The notes under the pieces: generated by a model
What the model was told of the DNA's origin: nothing
What the model saw: only the letters and a program-made list of their open reading frames with translations
Database searches by the model: none
Translations under genes and position numbers: made by a program
In this document: in pieces, positions 60,999 to 64,000 of the stretch
Position numbering within the stretch: position 1 is the stretch's first letter
Layout: each line of letters opens with the position of its first letter
NCBI GenBank assembly: GCA_013265495.1
Contig: MU061748.1
Location: 21,405,235 to 21,469,234 of the forward strand
Source: Vicugna vicugna
Taxonomy: Eukaryota
Reading direction: 5' to 3'
Length of the DNA stretch: 64,000 nt

Positions 60999-61818
60999 AC
61001 TGATAAGAGCCCAGTGTCTTTAATGTTATGTTTATCATGCCTGAATCAAAAAAGAAAAAGCTGGATTGTTTCACAGCTTGTACCTAGTTCCCTTTCATGA
61101 GTCTGTTGGCCATAGAACTGACCTTAGCATTCCTCTTTAGGCTCTGCAGTAGAGTGCCTGCCAAGGTCAAATTTCCAGGTACACTATGTATTGAAGGCCG
61201 TAGGTCTCCTTGGACTTGTGGGACTAGGCACACTAGGGGCTTCTCTTGGTAATATAAATGTGCAAGTGCCCTCATTGCTAAAAGGAAGAGAACAAAAGAA
61301 TGGTTTTCCTGGTGAGCTAAGTGGCCCTGGGACTAGAGTTGGCCCTAAAACCCACACAGGTTCATCAACAGTCTACTTGCTGAACAGCGACTGGTAAATG
61401 TCTTATATTCCCCATGTTCACTCAGAGAGCCTTCATGCTAGAGAGTCTACAGCATTTACACTTTGTAAGACGATTTAACAAATGATCGAAACCAGCATCC
61501 TTAAAGATCTGACTCCCCTTGCGGCTGCACTTGCCTTTCTTGGCCAGTACCTCAAACCTCAGTCTAACTCCTCTAAGAACATGTGGAATAGTTTCCCTCT
61601 TTCCTTCCACTCTTCACCTAACCCTGAAATTAAATACAAATATTCACTTTCTTTCATAGGCTTATTTTCAAATAAAGGTATTTCCCTTTATTCTGTGCAT
61701 TAAATTTTTATCACATGTCCTGATAAAATATCACAGCTCTTCTATTGTGAACCGAAAGTTCAGTGTTCTACACGGATACCAATTGATTTCTGCTTCTTTG
61801 AGTGACAAATATGTCAGT

Positions 61819-62200
61819 GTCGGGGACTGAATTTTGCCTCCCATGGTTCATATGTTGAAGCCCTACGCCCCAGTGTGACTATGTGTGGATATAGGGACAT
61901 TAAGGGGGTAAGTATGGTTAAATCAGGTCATGAGAGTGGGGCCCTGATTCCATATGGCTGGTGTCATTATCAGATGAGGAAGAGACACTAGGGATGCACA
62001 TGCACAGAGGAAGGGCCACGTGAGAACACAGGAGAGAGATTCAGCCTGCAAGCCAAGAGGAGAGGTTTCACCCAGAACCAGTCGTACCTGCACCTTGATC
62101 TTGGACTTTAAGCCTCCAAAACTGTGGGAAAATAACATCCCGTGGTTTAAGCCACGCAGTCTGTGGCATTCTGTTAAGGCATGCTCAGCAGGCTAATGTA
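61819..62200 (+). mobile_element. MLT1A-type MaLR solo LTR
   Basis: ggactgaattttgcctccc..ttcatatgttgaagcccta..gggccctgat..gccacgtgag..gcaagccaagaggagagg..ccttgatcttggact..gtttaagccac.cagtctgtggcatt. Confidence 0.9.
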
Positions 62201-63329
62201 GTAAGGGGATTTGACTCTGGTAGATGTTGTTGTGTCAAATGTAGCAAACAATATGTGTCATTTAAAAGATCCCTAAATGAGACCAACTTTGCTTAAGTTT
62301 TTTGCTTATTTGCTGGTTTTTAAAATTCTGGTACTTTTATTTGTGTGTAATGTTAATACTATGTTGTCAAGTTTTAGGGTTTCTTTAATATACCATGTAC
62401 TGAGTTTTTTCTTGTAATTAGGAGGTTATAAAATAACTTTGAAATGCTCAGAAATAAGAAGTTGTGATTTTTATTGCTGATTTTCTAGAATTGAATTTCA
62501 TCATCATAACTGACCGACATTTTAATAAAGATAATAATATAATTTAGGAACTTTAACTTAAGTATGCCTTTTACTTAATTTGTTATTTGTTATTTACCTA
62601 AATAATAACTTTGTGATCAGCTAGCTTAAGTTTTTAGACACTGAAATAACTCATAAATAATATTGTGTGGATTTATAATGCTGTATTTTAACATCTACAT
62701 TGTAAATGTTATTTACCAAGCTGTTATTTTGGGGAGGAGGAAGTGGCCTGATTGTTTAATCTTTCACTAGTTTAAAATGTGCTTTTCTAAATACTCCAGA
62801 GTAAATATTCTAGTGTTCAACCTTTTATATAATCTAATCTGCACATCTTCTCTGGATCATATAATTTGTTTAAGGGGAAACAATAAAGCTTATGTAGTAC
62901 TTTGAAAAAAATGGAAACATGCACAAATGCCTAAAAATTAATTTCTATAAGCCATTTAGCTAAACAGAACCAAAAACTGATTTACACTACAGGGCTGTGG
63001 CCTTAAGATGGCAGTAGTTCTGCATTAGGAATATTTTTCATTTGATTGCTTTAGTGACCTAAAATCTTTGAATTTCTTAATAGAAAAATATGTCATTTTT
63101 CTACTCTCCGTTTCTGCTCTTGCTACAAGAGGAGAAGCCTACTGAGAAGTTTTACTGTGGGTTTCTTTGTGTGTGTGTATTTATTTCTGACAGTAGAGAG
63201 AGAGGGGGTGATGGGATGAAGTCCTTTGGTAGGAGACTTCTTATTAAGGTTGTGTCTGAATCAAAAACCAAATGTTTAACATGTGAAATGAGTTCTTCTT
63301 GGAGGAAGAGCTAAAATGCTAAATGGCAG

Positions 63330-63480
63330 AATTGTGATTCAAAAAGATCTCAAACAATGTAACAATGGTTGACATTTAATTAGGACAAATGTTAAGTTTT
63401 GGGTTAGGCTCAAATAATCAACTTTCACAGTATGTTGAGGAGCATCTTGATTTACCAGAAGTTAAGTTGGAAATAAAAGA
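63330..63480 (+). mobile_element. Possible CR1/L3 fragment
   Basis: tttaattaggacaaatgttaagttttgggttagg..aataatcaactttcacagtat resembles the CR1 3' region. Confidence 0.4.
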
Positions 63481-64000
63481 ATAGATAAACTTAAGGGAAA
63501 CTCAGCTTGTTCCAATTTGTACTCATGTTTCTCTTTGATGGTCATTTCACCATACTTCCCTTTGCCTTGGCTGTCCTTCTAGGGTCTGAAAGTTCTAAAC
63601 TGCAGAAGAGCTAACATGTTATGAATGAGTCTGAAAAGAGACTTCAGGTCCTTGGTTAGTGGCATCCATATAATTGCTTTTCCTCAGCTAGACCATCCCT
63701 GCCAGTCTTTGGCTGCCTGTGGCCACACTGGCCACACCACCAGCAACCATCCCTGCTGCATAAGCTCTGAAACACCTCTAGTTATAGTACCATCAGAAAA
63801 ATGTTTAGTTTGACCCAAACCATGAAACCATTCCACACTCAGCCAACCTTTAGTCCTTTTTTGAGCAGCCTCAGGAAACCTTCAGAGGAGACTTTTGGCT
63901 TTGAAGCCACAGAAAAAGAGGGTATGTATTATGGTGGGGGAAGGTGGGGTGGCTACCTCAGGTCCTCTTTCTATCTAGTTGTGACCCACCGTTCTTATTT

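Noticed and set aside
1-64000. CRISPR arrays, operons, rho-independent terminators and other prokaryotic systems
   Set aside because: The window is mammalian spliced-gene DNA. No regularly spaced direct-repeat array was seen.

Overview
Mammalian genomic DNA, AT-rich and intron-dominated. The animal is probably a cetartiodactyl and possibly a camelid; this is inferred from the 674-aa collagen X and the style of the L1 3' tails. The minus strand holds the 5' half of NT5DC1: a CpG-island promoter at about 58.5-59.5 kb and coding exons 1-6, all with GT-AG junctions in frame. Intron 6 runs off the left edge of the window. The complete COL10A1 gene lies nested antisense in intron 6, with a TATA promoter, non-coding exon 1, coding exons 2-3, a 3' UTR with two AATAAA signals, and an apparent orthologue of the hypertrophic-chondrocyte enhancer about 2.5 kb upstream. 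The rest is mostly old interspersed repeats (L1, L2, MIR, Tigger2, MER53, MER63, MADE2, MLT1, one intact solo LTR). I found no new multi-gene system, CRISPR array, rRNA or tRNA. The strongest anomalies are: (1) a sharp GC/CpG spike on NT5DC1 exon 4, where 34 of 35 codons end in G/C and many residues differ, resembling GC-biased gene conversion or a new intragenic CpG island; (2) an in-register GFPGER (GFOGER) integrin motif in collagen X; (3) apparent RUNX-site turnover in the COL10A1 enhancer; (4) a one-codon acceptor shift in NT5DC1 exon 6; (5) a solo LTR with an intact target-site duplication just upstream of NT5DC1. Comparisons with human, mouse and repeat consensus sequences are from memory and need alignment. 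Repeat boundaries are approximate unless a TIR or TSD is quoted.
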